Assembly (NCBI RefSeq): GCF_000143415.4
Contig: NW_003314321.1
Span: forward strand, 382,236 to 446,235
Direction of reading: 5' to 3'
Source of the DNA: Selaginella moellendorffii
Taxonomy: Eukaryota; Plantae; Lycopodiophyta
DNA length: 64,000 bases
Part shown: positions 11,400 through 23,192 of the stretch, piece after piece
Numbering within the stretch: the stretch's first letter is position 1
Layout: every line of letters begins with the position of its first letter
Program-made: the position numbers and the translations under genes
The notes under the pieces: generated by a model
Database searches by the model: none
What the model was told of the DNA's origin: nothing
The model's input: only the letters and a program-made list of their open reading frames with translations

Positions 11400-14055
11400 A
11401 AATGAGGATAATCCCTGCCACCGTTTCTGGCTCCTACCACCTTTTCTATAGGACCTCATGACCAGCCTGGCCAATTTTTCTTCCCGATTTCACTAAGCAG
11501 CCCACCTTACAGTTGCTTAGCAGATCTCACCTTACCAGCCAATTACATCGACCGCACTATTCTTTCCAGACTTGGTCATCCGATCAGTGCTCTTCCTGAT
11601 CAGCCTGCTCCAGTCAATTTTGGCGGAGAAGAGTTGGAGTTTCTGGGATTTCTCGCGTATCCCATACACTTTTCTTGGGAAGCCTTCAGTGGCCTCCTTC
11701 TACGTGACTGCTCCTCTCAACTATGCTCCTGTCAGTGCACTTGCCAGTTTTCTGGGTTTGACTTCCAGCTCTTTTGCCCCTCCTGAGCTGGATCTTTGTA
11801 TGGCAACTGTGCATTTTGCTGAGGATTCTCCAGTGGCTGATCCTCCCGTACCTCCAGCTTTTCTCCAACATCCTGCTGCAATCCGGAACTCACCTGCATC
11901 CCCGTTCGAGCCTCCTGCGACGACTTCCGTCAACGTTGGTACCTCCAGCGAACCTCGTGAACTCCAAGTCGGCGCCAACGTATCTCCTTTGGACCTCCAG
12001 CAGTACCAGAAGCTTTTCCATGCATACAAGGACATCTTTGCATGGTCTTATGCGGATTTACGTGGCATCAATCCTGAGCTTGGGCAACACTGCATCGAAC
12101 TCCAGCCGGATGCTCAGCCACGACGACAGAGAATGTACCGTATGAATCCAAACTACGCTCAAGACCTGGATAAGATGCTTGCTGCGGGTTTCATCTACCC
12201 TGTCGACACGATGGATTGGCTCTCTCCCATCGTCGTCGTTCCAAAAAGGAATGGGAAGCTGCGTGTATGTGTCAACTACCGCAAGCTTAACGCTGTGACA
12301 TGCAAGGACGGGTTTCCCCTTCCCTTCACGGATGTGGTGCTCGACAACGTGGCTGGACACACGACTTATTCGTTCTTGATGGCTTTAGTGGCTATCACCA
12401 GGTTCTTATCCATCCTGATGATCAACATCTCACCTCGTTTATCACTCCGTGGGGATGTTTTTGCTACAGGGTGATGCCATTCGGAGTCACGAATAGTCCC
12501 GTGACTTTTCAACGAGTCATGCAAGCAGCCTTTCAACGGCTCTTGGAGATTTTCTGGAAGTTTTCCTTGATGATTTCAGCGTTTATAGCGACGCTATATC
12601 TCATTGCGTAAAACTCGAAAAATGTTTTGAACGTTGCCGTTTCTATGGCATTTCTCTAAATCCCTCCAAGTGTGCGTTTGGCATTCCCCGTGGCATTCTT
12701 CTCGGTCGAGTGGTCTCCTGGGACGGATTAGCTGTGGATCCAGCTAAGGTGGCTATCGTGAAGAACCTGGAACCACCGCACGTTAAAAAAGATCTCCAAG
12801 CTTTCTTGGGCCACGTCGGCTACCATCGCCACTTTATCTACGACTTCGTGACTAAAGCTTTACCTCTGACGAAACTCTTGAAGGCCGGCATGCCTTACGA
12901 GTGGACACCAGCGTGTCAGGACGCATTTGAGCTTCTCCGGGGAGCTCTGATCACTGCTCCGATTTTAGCCGTTCCTGACTGGACAGTTATTTTCCACTCC
13001 ATGCTTCTGCCTTTGCTGTCGGCGCTGTTCTTTGCCAGCCGCGAGAGGGCATCGATCACCCTATTTTCTACGCAAGCCGCCAACTCTCCTCTGCCGAGCG
13101 CAACTACTCCGCCACTGAACGGGAAGGCTTGGGCATGATCTTTGCTATTCAGAAGTATCGCCACTACCTGTTGGGCACACACTTCAAATTTTTCGTGGAT
13201 CACCAAGCACTCAAGTACCTAGTCAACAAGCCTTGCCGCACAGGTCGCATCTCTCGCTGGCTCATCATCCTCCAGGAATTCAACTTTGACGTGATCCTGA
13301 AGCCCGGCCGCGCTCATGCCATGGCCGATCACCTTTCACGATTGCCAGGCCCTCCCTCCTCCTAGGACCTTGAAGATGACCCAGCTGATGCAGCTCTGTT
13401 TTCTTGCGACACCACGGATCTCTTTGCGGTCGACGCTGTTCCCGAATGGTATCAAGGCATTGCAGATTATCTGGCTACCGGCGAGTTCCCTGCTGACTTT
13501 ACTGTCACCGAATGCAAGCGACTTATTATCCAAGCTCGTCCATACTCTCTCCTGCATGGCCAGCTCTACATCCTCGGCCGTGACGACGTTCTACGCCGTT
13601 GTATCCTTCCTCACGAGGTGGCCACTGTTATCACTTCATGCCATGATTCACCTTATGGCGGCCACTTTTCAGCTGAGGCAACAATTCGTTTGGTTCTTCA
13701 AGCTGGCTATTGGTGGCCAACGCTTCACAAGGATGTTGCTGCCTACGTTCGGCCAGCGTGCTGGTCGCCCAACTCGCCGCGATCTGATGCCGCTTAACCC
13801 TCTGCTTCCGGTGCTTCCTTTTGAGAAGTGGGGCATCGATTTTGTGGGACCGATCAAGCCAGCCAGCCATCCTTCCCGTGGCCGCTAGATTCTTGTGTGC
13901 ACGGACTATGTCACGAAGTGGGCCGAGGCAGAAGCTCTCACGGAAGACACAGCTGCCAAGGTTGCGACTTTTCTTTACAAGAACATCGTCACGAGATTTG
14001 GCTGCCCTTTGGAGCTGGTGAGCGATAGAGGTACTCACTTTATCAATCAAGTGCC
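11400..14055 (+). mobile_element. Ty3/gypsy LTR-retrotransposon pol remnant (RT-RNaseH-integrase), frameshifted, no LTRs seen
   Basis: RT motifs WLSPIVVVPK..LRVCVNYRKLN, LDGFSGYHQ, MPFGVTNSP. RNase H FFVDHQALKYL. Integrase PFEKWGIDFVGP, LVSDRGTHF. Domain order is gypsy. Confidence 0.92.
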
Positions 14056-14852
14056 CATATCGCATCGTTGAAGTTTTTACCAATGGCTTGGTCCAGCTTG
14101 AAGATCTTAGTGGGAACTTGTTACCAACTCGTGTTAATGGAGCTCGCCTGCGCAAGTACCATGAGCGAGATGAAGCTGCCGTGGAGCTGTGTGCTCCAGG
14201 AGGTTGGGGGTGATGTAGAACTGAGGGAATATTCCATTTGCCGCCACGTCAGTAGGGGAGGGGAAGTCCACAAAGGGAAAAAACAGTCCATCATCGTATG
14301 TAAGGAAGAAAATAAAAAGAACAAAAGATGCTTCAATGAAGAGTTCTTGGGCAAAACGCTCTAAATCATGTGAAGGGAAGCAAAAGAGCATTATCAAACC
14401 ACCATGGGCATTCTGTGTCCTCATTGTGGGCAACAGTTTTACCTTATAACAAACTCCTAAACATTCTCTAAGGTGTTTTCAGAGTGTATTAAACATTCCT
14501 TAAAGTGTTTTTAGAATGCATAGAATATGGAAAGAGAATATAGAAATGTGTATATCAATTAGCTTATATACAAATTTGGATTAAAACTTATTAATTCTCA
14601 AGATTAGTATTTATTACATATATTTGATAAATTTTTGTTCACTACAATATTGTATACTAATATTAGCATATGGGTACAATGCCGTATATTAGTGGGATAA
14701 CCATTGAATTAGGGTAAATATGATTAAAGTACTTTGGCACAAACAAATTAAGTTTTATATTATGGTCTTTTTTCACATAACCTTTTGAAAGCAAAATTAT
14801 TTATAGATATATAATTTTTCTAATCTATAAATAACTTCCAAAAACAACCTCC

Positions 14853-16319
14853 TCAAGGAAGAACATCAAACTCAGACCATGCGTTCCTAACCTTGTGGCC
14901 ATCCACCGTCACCCGAGCCCTCCACACCGCGCTGTTGCACTTAAACCCCGACCCAAACGCGATCTGCCAGACCCGGTCGCCCCTTTTGATCCGCCCCATG
15001 GCCTCGCAGTAGGCCAGCTCGTACCACAGCGAGCTCGACGAAGTGTTACCCCAACGATAGAGCGTCATCCGTGACGGCTCCATATGCCAGTCGGTGAGCC
15101 CCAGGTTCTTCTGCAAGTCGTCCAGCACGCCCCTACCCCCGGCGTGGATGCAGAAGTGCTCAAACGCCTTCTTGAAGTCGGGGATGTAAGGCCGGACTTG
15201 GATCTTGAGAAACCTCCTCGCCACCAGCGTGAAGAAGAACATAATCTGCTCGGGCAGCGGCAGAACCAGCGGCCCCAGCGTCGTGATGTTGGTCTTGAGC
15301 GCCTCGCCAGCCACGGCCATGACATCTCTCGACAGCGACACTCCCACCATCCCATTCTCGTCCTCCTGCTGAAACACGCACTGGAAGCAGCGATCGTCGG
15401 CTCCCTTGTGGGTTCTCACCGTGTGGACGAGCTCGTACCTCGCGGCGCGGCGGGCGGATCGCTTGTTGGAGAGCAGGATGGCGGCGCCGCCCATCCGGAA
15501 GAGGCAGTTCGTGACGAGCATCGAGCGGTCGTTGCCCAGGAACCAGTTGCGCGTGATGTTCTCGGTGCTCACCACGATCGCGTACGTGCTGCGGTGGACC
15601 TGGAGCAAATCCTTGGCCAGATCGATGGAGATGACCCCGGCGCTACAGCCCATGCCACCCAGGTTGTAGCTCTGGATGTTGCCACGCATCTTGTAATGAT
15701 TGACGATCATGGCCGAAAGCGATGGCGTGGGATTGAAGAGGCTACAGTTGACGATGAGGATGCCAATGTCCTTTGGCCGGACGCCGGATCGCGAGAAGAG
15801 CTCGTCCAGCGCGCCAAACATGACGCTCTCCGTCTCGAACCGTGCCTCCTCCATGGACTTGTTGAAGGGATCGCTGGTGAGGGAGCGCGGCACGTAGGAT
15901 TCCTCCCCAATCCCGCACTTCTCCAGGATCTTGGCCTGGAAGCTGAGCGATTCCTCGTTGAAAGCCCCCGAATGCCGGGAGTGCCTCATGAATCGCTCCC
16001 TGGAGCACCTGCGGTCGTCGTCGGGGCGGTAGCACGCGAAATCCATCAAGAGCACTGGCGCCGGCCGCGTCGTGGCGTAGATCGTTGCCACAAACGCCAG
16101 CGCCGCCGAGGAGAGCGAGAGGCTGAGGAGATTGTAGCGGAAGTGCTCCCACAGCATCCAGATGATGTCCTCGATCCAAAGCCGCGAGATTTCGCTGGCC
16201 GCCGCGACCAGGAGGGGGACCGTGATCGCGAGCACTGCGGCGCGAGAGATTAGATACGCATACCCGAGCTTGACGTACTTGAGCCTCACGGACTGGAGGA
16301 AATCCGGCAGCTTGCCCAT
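14853..16319 (-). CDS. KCS: 3-ketoacyl-CoA synthase (very-long-chain fatty acid elongase condensing enzyme)
   Basis: 488-aa intronless ORF with GMGCSAG active-site Cys, HFCIHAGGR, GNTSSSSLWYEL and FGSGFKCNS. Confidence 0.97.
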   Translation of the reverse strand: MGKLPDFLQSVRLKYVKLGYAYLISRAAVLAITVPLLVAAASEISRLWIEDIIWMLWEHFRYNLLSLSLSSAALAFVATIYATTRPAPVLLMDFACYRPDDDRRCSRERFMRHSRHSGAFNEESLSFQAKILEKCGIGEESYVPRSLTSDPFNKSMEEARFETESVMFGALDELFSRSGVRPKDIGILIVNCSLFNPTPSLSAMIVNHYKMRGNIQSYNLGGMGCSAGVISIDLAKDLLQVHRSTYAIVVSTENITRNWFLGNDRSMLVTNCLFRMGGAAILLSNKRSARRAARYELVHTVRTHKGADDRCFQCVFQQEDENGMVGVSLSRDVMAVAGEALKTNITTLGPLVLPLPEQIMFFFTLVARRFLKIQVRPYIPDFKKAFEHFCIHAGGRGVLDDLQKNLGLTDWHMEPSRMTLYRWGNTSSSSLWYELAYCEAMGRIKRGDRVWQIAFGSGFKCNSAVWRARVTVDGHKVRNAWSEFDVLP

Positions 16320-16594
16320 CGCGTGTCCAACTCTCCTTTCTCAGGTAAATAAAGCCTTTTTAGGGTTCTTGCGGAAAGCCCCTGGAATTAAATGCCACCA
16401 GTTTTGGCGCCAGTGGATCTGGACCGTCGCCTCCATGTTCCTTGTTCCCGAGAATACGAGAGCCCAGTCAAATTTATTTTGACATGAAAGCCAGTACCTC
16501 TCGAGCCAGCAACTGGGCGAGACAAAAGAGACGACCGCCATTTTCACCATTTAAGACGAGTAAAAACCAGAGTGTAGAAAAAAACAAAAACGTT

Positions 16595-18851
16595 TTAACC
16601 TCCTGGCTTGAGCACGAACATCCGGCAGCCGTGAGATGGAACGTACGCTCGAATGCCGTTGGTATATGTGTATCGTAAGTTTTGATGCTGCGGATTCACG
16701 AAAGGAAAGAGAATTTGAGAAACACACAAGGCGTAGCTTTCAGTGGATCAAATCGTCAAAGATTTTGAGTATACCTGCCATAAATCTCTCGCGGTGACAC
16801 GAAGGTTTTGTTTGATGCCAATGTCTTGCCAGTTTGCGTTTATGCTCCATCCCATATAACCTCTGTTCACCATCAGGACAGCGACACGACCACCGGAAAG
16901 GGGCCCGGCCCAAACCTGTATAGAGAAAATATTTTGAGAGACTCCTTTCTAAGACTTTATAATCTAAACTATACCTCCGTGGAGCCCTGGGTTCTCACTT
17001 TCCTGCCTTGAATTCCTAGAGAATCTGGAAAGAAGGTTCTTTGAGTGAGCAAATGAACGGTGGTTGCAAAAGAAACCGAGACAGACCTTGATTGACACCA
17101 ACGACTTCCCAGTTTGAAAGGATGCCGAGGTAATCTTGACGTATGCTTCGAATGTCACAACCGATAAGGAGAGGCGCCTAGAGAAAAACCACCGCGATCA
17201 AACAAAGTTCCTTGTTTTCCTTCTTGGTACCTTCATAATGGCCCACAAGCTGAAATGTGTACGATATTCTTCCACCGACATTCCACCGTTTCCAACCTCT
17301 AGCATGTCCGGATCTGGAGGAAAGAGAAAAACACCAAAGTTGCCAGCGTTACGCAACGAAATCCGGTGAACTGGTATTAAACTGATTGATACCGTTCCAG
17401 TGTCCCGGTCCCGCATACGATGCCCACTGGTTGTTCAGATCCGCTCGCGAGACCATCCTGCACAGACAACACTCATCTAAGAGCCTTGAGCATTAAAACT
17501 CACACAATGGGCTAGTACGAGTTCCAGTTATCCGCAATGTCGCCCGTAGTCCTCCAGCTATTTCCAACGTTCGAAGCCCAAGTCGCGGGATTATCCTGGC
17601 CCCTGCAACCAATCACACGAATGTGAGCGACATATTCCCCTGGAGTTATGGCAACTTACCACTCGCACAGCGAGTAGAAGATAGGACGGCCTGTCTTGAC
17701 CAATGCATCGTGCATGACATGGTATCTGTCGATCGGGACAAACAAACGAATTAGAGGCAACCGAAACGGAATTTTAAACTTTACCTGGTTCTGGGACTCA
17801 CACCATTGTTTCCGCAATTGTCATACTTCAAGTAATCAACGCCCTGGAAAAAAAAAAGTTCGATCAAACAAAGGCAAGAGGAATTTTTACTCGACTCACC
17901 CAGCTCGCAAATGTGGCGGCATCTTGGTACTCTCGTCCCAACGATCCAGGCTGCTGCTTGCTACATGTCTGGTAGCTGCATGGAATGGACCAAACTTACA
18001 TTCTCCACGATTGAAAGAAAAGAAGTGTACTAACCCGGCGTCCGAGTAGATTCCAAGCTTCAGCCCTCTGCTATGGACGTAATCCGCCAGCGCCTTAATT
18101 CCGGATGGGAATGCCGAGCTCTTCGCTCTCAGGTTCCCCTGCGGGAGAGAAAGATTTCAAGATCACGGACAATCGCCTTTAGCAAAAAGAAATGCTGGAA
18201 ACAAGACAAATCACGGGGATCTTGCGAGACACTGAGATGAGAAGGATTGATCTGAGCAGAATTGAGATCTACCTGCCAGTCTCTAGACGAATCAGCCCAG
18301 CAGTCGTCCAGATTGATGTATCTGTAGCCAAGCCTGCTCAATCCACTTGAGACCATCGCATCAGCTGTACGAGAGAAAAACACTTATAATAAGTTCCGTC
18401 AAGAACAGGGAGGGGGCATATTCTCCCCATATCCAGGCAAGAACAGGATATTCCTCACCCGTTTGTCTGATGAGCTGCTCATTGATGCCACATGCGAAGT
18501 GATTCCAGCTGTTCCATCTGCGCGGCGACCATCAGACCTCAATGCGCGTGATTAGATCGCTGGGCGATTCGATATTTCGCGAGAAATTGGACGAAATATC
18601 GGGAAAACAGCGATCTTGATCGATCCATCTTACCCCATCGGCGGGCTCCGCCCCAGTCCATCCGTCGCCTTGGCATGTCGGAAGGGATTCCTGTGGATTC
18701 TGGCCCGGATCACGCCTCCGCGCGTGAGATTCGTCCGCGCAAGATCATCGCCATTGGAGGACAATGCCCAGGGTGCATTGGAGGAGAAGACGAAGAACAA
18801 GATCGAGAGGGAAATGGAGAAGGAGAGAAGCGGCGAATCCTTCTTCTTCAT
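16595..18851 (-). CDS. Alpha-galactosidase (GH27), multi-exon, tandem copy 1
   Basis: Exons encode signal peptide, [46 protein letters not shown]. Last exon [30 protein letters not shown]. Confidence 0.9.
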
Positions 18852-19166
18852 CCTCTCCACCCCTCTCTCTCCTAGCTACGAATGAGAAGCCAGGAACACA
18901 TTTTAAAAGGAGGTAAAAGTTACTACATGGTAAACCCTACAGTACTATTTACTTTTCACTGCCAGCATAAAGATCAAAAGCAACTCTTCTTTATTCGTCT
19001 TTTGGAAGAAGTTTTATTCGCTGTTCTTCCATTCGAAACCTCTCTCTCAGGAGATTTTCTCTCCCATTTCTTAAAAAAATCTGTTTTTTTCTTCTTTTTT
19101 TTTGTCTGTGTTTGATCGATCATACCTGGTTTTGCTCGTATAATGCCCGCCTGACCAATTCTTTTC

Positions 19167-21501
19167 TCACGACGTTGGCGTCAGTATAAACATCTTGCAG
19201 CCGTGCGAAGGAACGGACGCTTGAATGCTTCCGGTGTACACAACTGGCAAGTCCTTGTGCTGCAAACAAGCAAACACTTCAAACAAAGCCTCTGATTTGA
19301 TTGGAAGCTCTTACCTGCCATAGATCTCTTCCAGTGGCTTTCGTTCCCGACTTCAAGCCAATCTCGTCCCAGTTGGCTGTGATACTCCATGTCATGAAGC
19401 TCCTGTTCACCATTAAGATCACGACCCGACCGCCCGAGAGAGGCCCGGCCCAGACCTGTGTAGATTAGATCTAGATGCGTCAGCGACAAAGACAAAACAC
19501 AAGAGAAAAGCAAAAGGTTTCGAGAAATTGCTGTAAAGTTACTTACATCTAGGGACGACGACGAGCTAACTTTCTTGCCCTGTACACCCAACGAGTCTGG
19601 AAAGGGATCAAAGCGATCAAATTGGTAAAGTGACTCGCAACGAACGGCAGGTAAGGCAAACAATACGGAAATACCAAATACCTTGGTTTACATTGATGAC
19701 TTCCCAGTTCGAGAGTATGGAAAGGTAATCGCTTCCAATGCTTGTTACGTCACAGCCGATCAGTAGAGGTGCCTGTTGGGACATGGTATGGGATGGTATA
19801 CTGTCAATATTTTCAGCGTGAATGAAAGCGACTGAAAGCCATACCTTCATTATAGCCCACAAGCTGAAGTGTGTCTGGTATTCCTCCACGCTCATTCCGC
19901 CGTTTCCAACCTCAAGCATATCAGGATCTGATTTTGCGATTATCACTCGAACACAAGTAAATTGCGTGAAAACTTTGGGAAGACGAAACTTACCATTCCA
20001 GTGCCCCGGTCCAGCATAACTTGCCCACTGATTGTTTTCGTCCGCCCGAGACATCATCCTACAGACAAACGTCAGCCTTACTGTTCGATAAATGTATCAA
20101 GATTTCTTTTACGTGCTCCAGTCGTCACTTATATCCCCTGTTGTCCGCCAACTGTTCCCAACATCGGCAGCCCAGGTCGCAGGATTTTCCTGACCCCTGG
20201 AAAACCATAGTCAATAAGTCTTCTCGACTAAAGAAATAAAAAAAGGACAAGTGGTGGAAGACAGAAAGATTGATGAATTTACCACTCACAGAGTGAATAA
20301 AAAATACTCCGACCGGATTTGGCCAGTGCGTCTCGCATGACTGGGTACCTAACAAGCGCACCAACAAGAAGAAAAAAAGAAAACAAATGAGTCGCCCGAC
20401 ATTGATTAAATCTGGAGAGTGCTCCTTACCGAACTTTAGGACTAGTTCCATCGTTCTCACAATTGTCGTATTTGAGATAATCAACACCCTATAGAAGAAG
20501 AAAAAAAGGAAAGAAGCCCGGTTAGAATCAAAGAATCTATTAATCTACTCCTAGACTCCTATAATCTCCAGAAGCAAGAAGATCCTCCAAATGCTTGAAA
20601 CCCCGATCGATCCAAGACCTGCCATAGCCCCGATCGAAAGAATATCGATCATAATCCCAGAATTTCTCGCAAGAACCCTCCTAATCCAAGAAATCCCAGT
20701 AAAAATTGAGGCGCTTACCCAGCTCGCAAATGTGGACGCGTCCTGGGCCTCCCGGCCCAGCGATCCCGGCTGTTGCTTGCTACACGTCTGGTAGCTGCGG
20801 CAATCAAACGCGGCGGCGACGAAAGAGACGTTAGAACCCTAGCGCGATGGCGACGCATCAGCAAACAAAGCTACAAGCACCGACCCGGCATCTGAGTATA
20901 TTCCCAGCTTGAGTCCCTTGGCGTGGACATAGTCGGCCAGCGCCTTGATGCCCGATGGAAAAGTGGAGCTCTTCCCGCGCAAATTACCCTGTTAAATTAA
21001 ACACGTGATTAGTTAGCACTAATGGAATGACCATCATCGTTTTCTTCAACCTGTCCATCTCGTGTTGACTCGGCCCAGCAATCGTCCAGATTGATGTGAA
21101 CGTAGCCAAGTTTCGCCAATCCACTGGAGACTATGGCATCGGCTATATGCAAAGTCATTAGAAGAATGAGAATTTTCTCTTCTTTGGACGATTTTCTCTT
21201 CGCTTACCAGTTTTCTGGATGAGACCTTCGTTGATTCCACAACCGAAATGGTTCCAGCTATTCCACCTTTGATTGTTTTCCCGAAAGAGAAAGAGATGAT
21301 CACGTAGATGCGAGAAAGATTCTTAGCAACTATGGTTTTGTATACGTACCCCATGGGAGGCGTTCCTCCAAGTCCATTTCCAACTTTCTTGTGCCTTCTC
21401 TTTCTCAGCGAGGCTCTGAGCGTGGAATTCAACTCCGCCGACCAAACCAGAGGAGCAAACACGAGCATCGCCAGGAGCAGAACGATCAACGCCGGCTTCA
21501 T
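19167..21501 (-). CDS. Alpha-galactosidase (GH27), multi-exon, tandem copy 2
   Basis: [10 protein letters not shown].. signal peptide, [41 protein letters not shown]. Last exon ..[15 protein letters not shown]. Confidence 0.9.
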
Positions 21502-22076
21502 CGTGAATTCGAGAAGGAAAACTCTGCAAACTCTCGGCTTGGAATGGATTGATCAAGGAGGAGGAATTCACTCCAATTGAGTGATCCTAGACCATGGATC
21601 CCCAATATATGCGAAGGCCAAGGAAAGAGAGAAAGGGAGAGGAGGATGAGATAGTACTGGGACCTCTCTCGCTATGCACACGTCTTTAAGTAATCCTGTA
21701 CAAGACACACACACATCACACACCCAAAGAGTGCTTTGCTCATCTTGTCAACGACAAATACGAGCATCACTTTCGTAGATTTTAGTTTCTCGTAACCACA
21801 TCTCTACCAAAAAAGACCCGAAAGTGAAAGAACATCTCCTCCCTCCAACTTTGACAATTGGACAGGCGAACGATTTCTTCTTTCGCTTTCTTTAATAAGC
21901 TATATTCACTGTGTAAATGGCGAGCTTTCATCAGCACAACGTAATGAATGATAAGACCCTGGAGCTTGCAATATTCCATCCACCAGAAGTATTTTCTCGG
22001 GCCTACACACCAAAAACCTTAGTAAAACCTTTACATCAGCTAAAGCTTTGTAACAGGGGTGATATCAACATTACAC

Positions 22077-23047
22077 TCAATTCTTTCGACCTTCTACTAA
22101 TATAAAGTGGTAGCCATGTCTGAGAAAACAAAGAGAAAAGAAAAAACAAAAGTGCGAACTTTAGTGTCAAGAAAGATCTAGAAGGAGAAAATCTCACGTT
22201 GATTTGAAAGGAGCACTGGTTGATCCGACGGGCGTAGAAAACGCGACTTCCTGAAAGGGGCCGGCCATTTTCCCGCGAGGAAACCATCCCAAATCCCCGC
22301 CTTTCTTTCCAGACGGGCACTCAGAGAACTCGGCAGCGACCTGGAGGCAAAGCATTGACACTCAAACATCAGACATCACAGCGAGGAATGAGCGAGGTCG
22401 CGAAACACGGCTTACTTTTGCGAACTCCGCCGGTGGGACTTTGTCGCCGTTGTTTAGCCATCCGTCCTGGAGCTTCTTGTAGGCGTCGTTGATCCGTCCC
22501 TGTTTCTCGCAGAGAACATGCCTGGCTGCAAGCGATTGAGCAGTAAAAAGCCATTAGTAAACAAAACAGCTACAAGCAATCGCACAATCGGAGAAGGCAA
22601 AAGCTAAAGTTTAGTCAAGGATCATCATCGAAGAAAAGAGTTTTGCACAATCGGGGAAGGCATAGTCAAGGATCATCATCGAGGAAAAGAATGTAGAGTA
22701 AACACAATGCGGGTCTCGAAAAACCAAGAAAAAAGATAAATTTTCCGCGTATGAAGTGGTGATTACTGAGAAAACCAGCAATGCGGGTCCTTTACACACT
22801 GGACTTATACTCGTGAATGGCTACAAAGATCAATGAGCGAAATCTAGACACTAAAACCTCCTAGAGGATGCATAAAATTAGAGGTAAAATTCTTACCTTT
22901 GACATACGTGCACGTCCCGAGCTCATCCTTGCCGCTGCCACCGCCGCCTTTCGATTTGCCCTTGGACGGCGCCTCAGCTGCCGATCCACCTCCACTTTGC
23001 TTGGATTTGCCCTTGGCGCTCTCCTTGGCCTTCGAATCCTTGCCCAT
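22077..23047 (-). CDS. PIN4: Parvulin-type peptidyl-prolyl cis-trans isomerase (Par14/PIN4-like), 4 exons
   Basis: Basic G/K-rich N-terminus MGKDSKAKE..GTCTYVK. Further exons ARHVLCEKQG.., SECPSGKKGGDLGWFPRGKMAGPFQEVAF, HGYHFILVEGRKN*. Confidence 0.93.
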
Positions 23048-23159
23048 TCAACCTAGACCTAAAATGCAAGTACACACTTTTGGTCCTTTAGGGAATTAGG
23101 GTACGGAAACTGGCCATTCCTTTTGGGCCAGACAAATATCTCCCGCAAAAAAGCGAGGA

Positions 23160-23175
23160 TAGGGTTTAGGGTTTA
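23160..23175. promoter_or_regulatory. Telo-box pair (TAGGGTTT x2) in the 145-bp PIN4/PPR-DYW head-to-head intergenic region
   Basis: TAGGGTTTAGGGTTT between two divergent ATGs. Confidence 0.55.
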
Positions 23176-23192
23176 TAACTTGGGGCCCTAAA

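Noticed and set aside
15084-16253. 389-aa antisense ORF over KCS (also 23166-24089, 24153-25202, 51866-52549, 58583-59140)
   Set aside because: Shadow ORFs expected on the opposite strand of GC3-rich genes; no recognisable motifs.
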